Assembly: GCA_013239625.1 (NCBI GenBank)
Contig: MU053561.1
Span: 746,826-810,825, forward strand
Length of the DNA stretch: 64,000 bases
Direction: 5' to 3'
Source: Lama guanicoe
Lineage: Eukaryota
Of the stretch, positions 63,690 through 64,000 are shown piece after piece. Under the pieces are notes generated by a model that was given only the letters and a program-made list of their open reading frames with translations, had not been told where the DNA came from and ran no database searches. Position numbers and translations under genes: made by a program. How positions within the stretch are numbered: position 1 is the first letter of the stretch; every line of letters starts with the position of its first letter.

Positions 63690-64000
63690 AATAATGAGCT
63701 ACTTTACCTGTATCAGTGTGGATCACTCTCCCAGACATAATGGAAGCAGAAACAGCCAGAGACTGCTTCCCACGTATGATTCCATCCGGTCTACGCAGTT
63801 TAAGGACAGGCAATACTAATCTATGGTGTCAGGAGGGGGGTTACACTGTGGGGAACTGCTGCCTGGAAAGGAAAATGAGGGGGCCTTTTTGGGTGCTGGA
63901 AATGTTCTTTTTCTAGATGTAGGTGATTGTTATGTTATATATGCATACCAGCCTGTAAACTTAATGTTTGTACACTTTATTATATATGTTTTGCCTCAAT
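63690..64000 (+). mobile_element. Old L1 (L1ME/MD-like) 3' end, running off the window
   Basis: gtatgattccat...acaggcaatactaatctatggtg...ggggccttttgggtgctggaaatgttct. Confidence 0.65.

Noticed and set aside
1..64000. Novel multi-gene system, CRISPR array or operon-like locus
   Set aside because: The sequence is mammalian and repeat-rich; there is no regularly spaced repeat-spacer array, no long ORF (maximum 196 aa, low complexity) and no CpG-island promoter.

Overview
This is mammalian genomic DNA, most likely camelid, judged from six copies of a tRNA-derived SINE I recognise as Vic-1-like. It is repeat-rich intergenic or intronic sequence. I can support no protein-coding gene, RNA gene, CRISPR array or prokaryote-type system; the short ORFs in the track are TE-derived, low-complexity or unassignable. 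The window holds L1 3' fragments of several ages, L2/MIR, MaLR/ERVL LTRs, hAT and Tigger MITEs, a MamSINE1-like relic and microsatellites. Most notable: (1) a near-perfect 2.2-kb head-to-tail tandem duplication (27381-31809), either a recent CNV or a haplotype assembly artefact; (2) an isolated, in-frame, young-looking L1 ORF2 endonuclease fragment lacking poly(A) and TSD; (3) a speculative chain of minus-strand exon-like segments; (4) nested TE stacks; (5) two old L1 tails shifted towards GC/CpG. Repeat family names come from recall of consensus sequences, not from a search, and boundaries of old elements are approximate.
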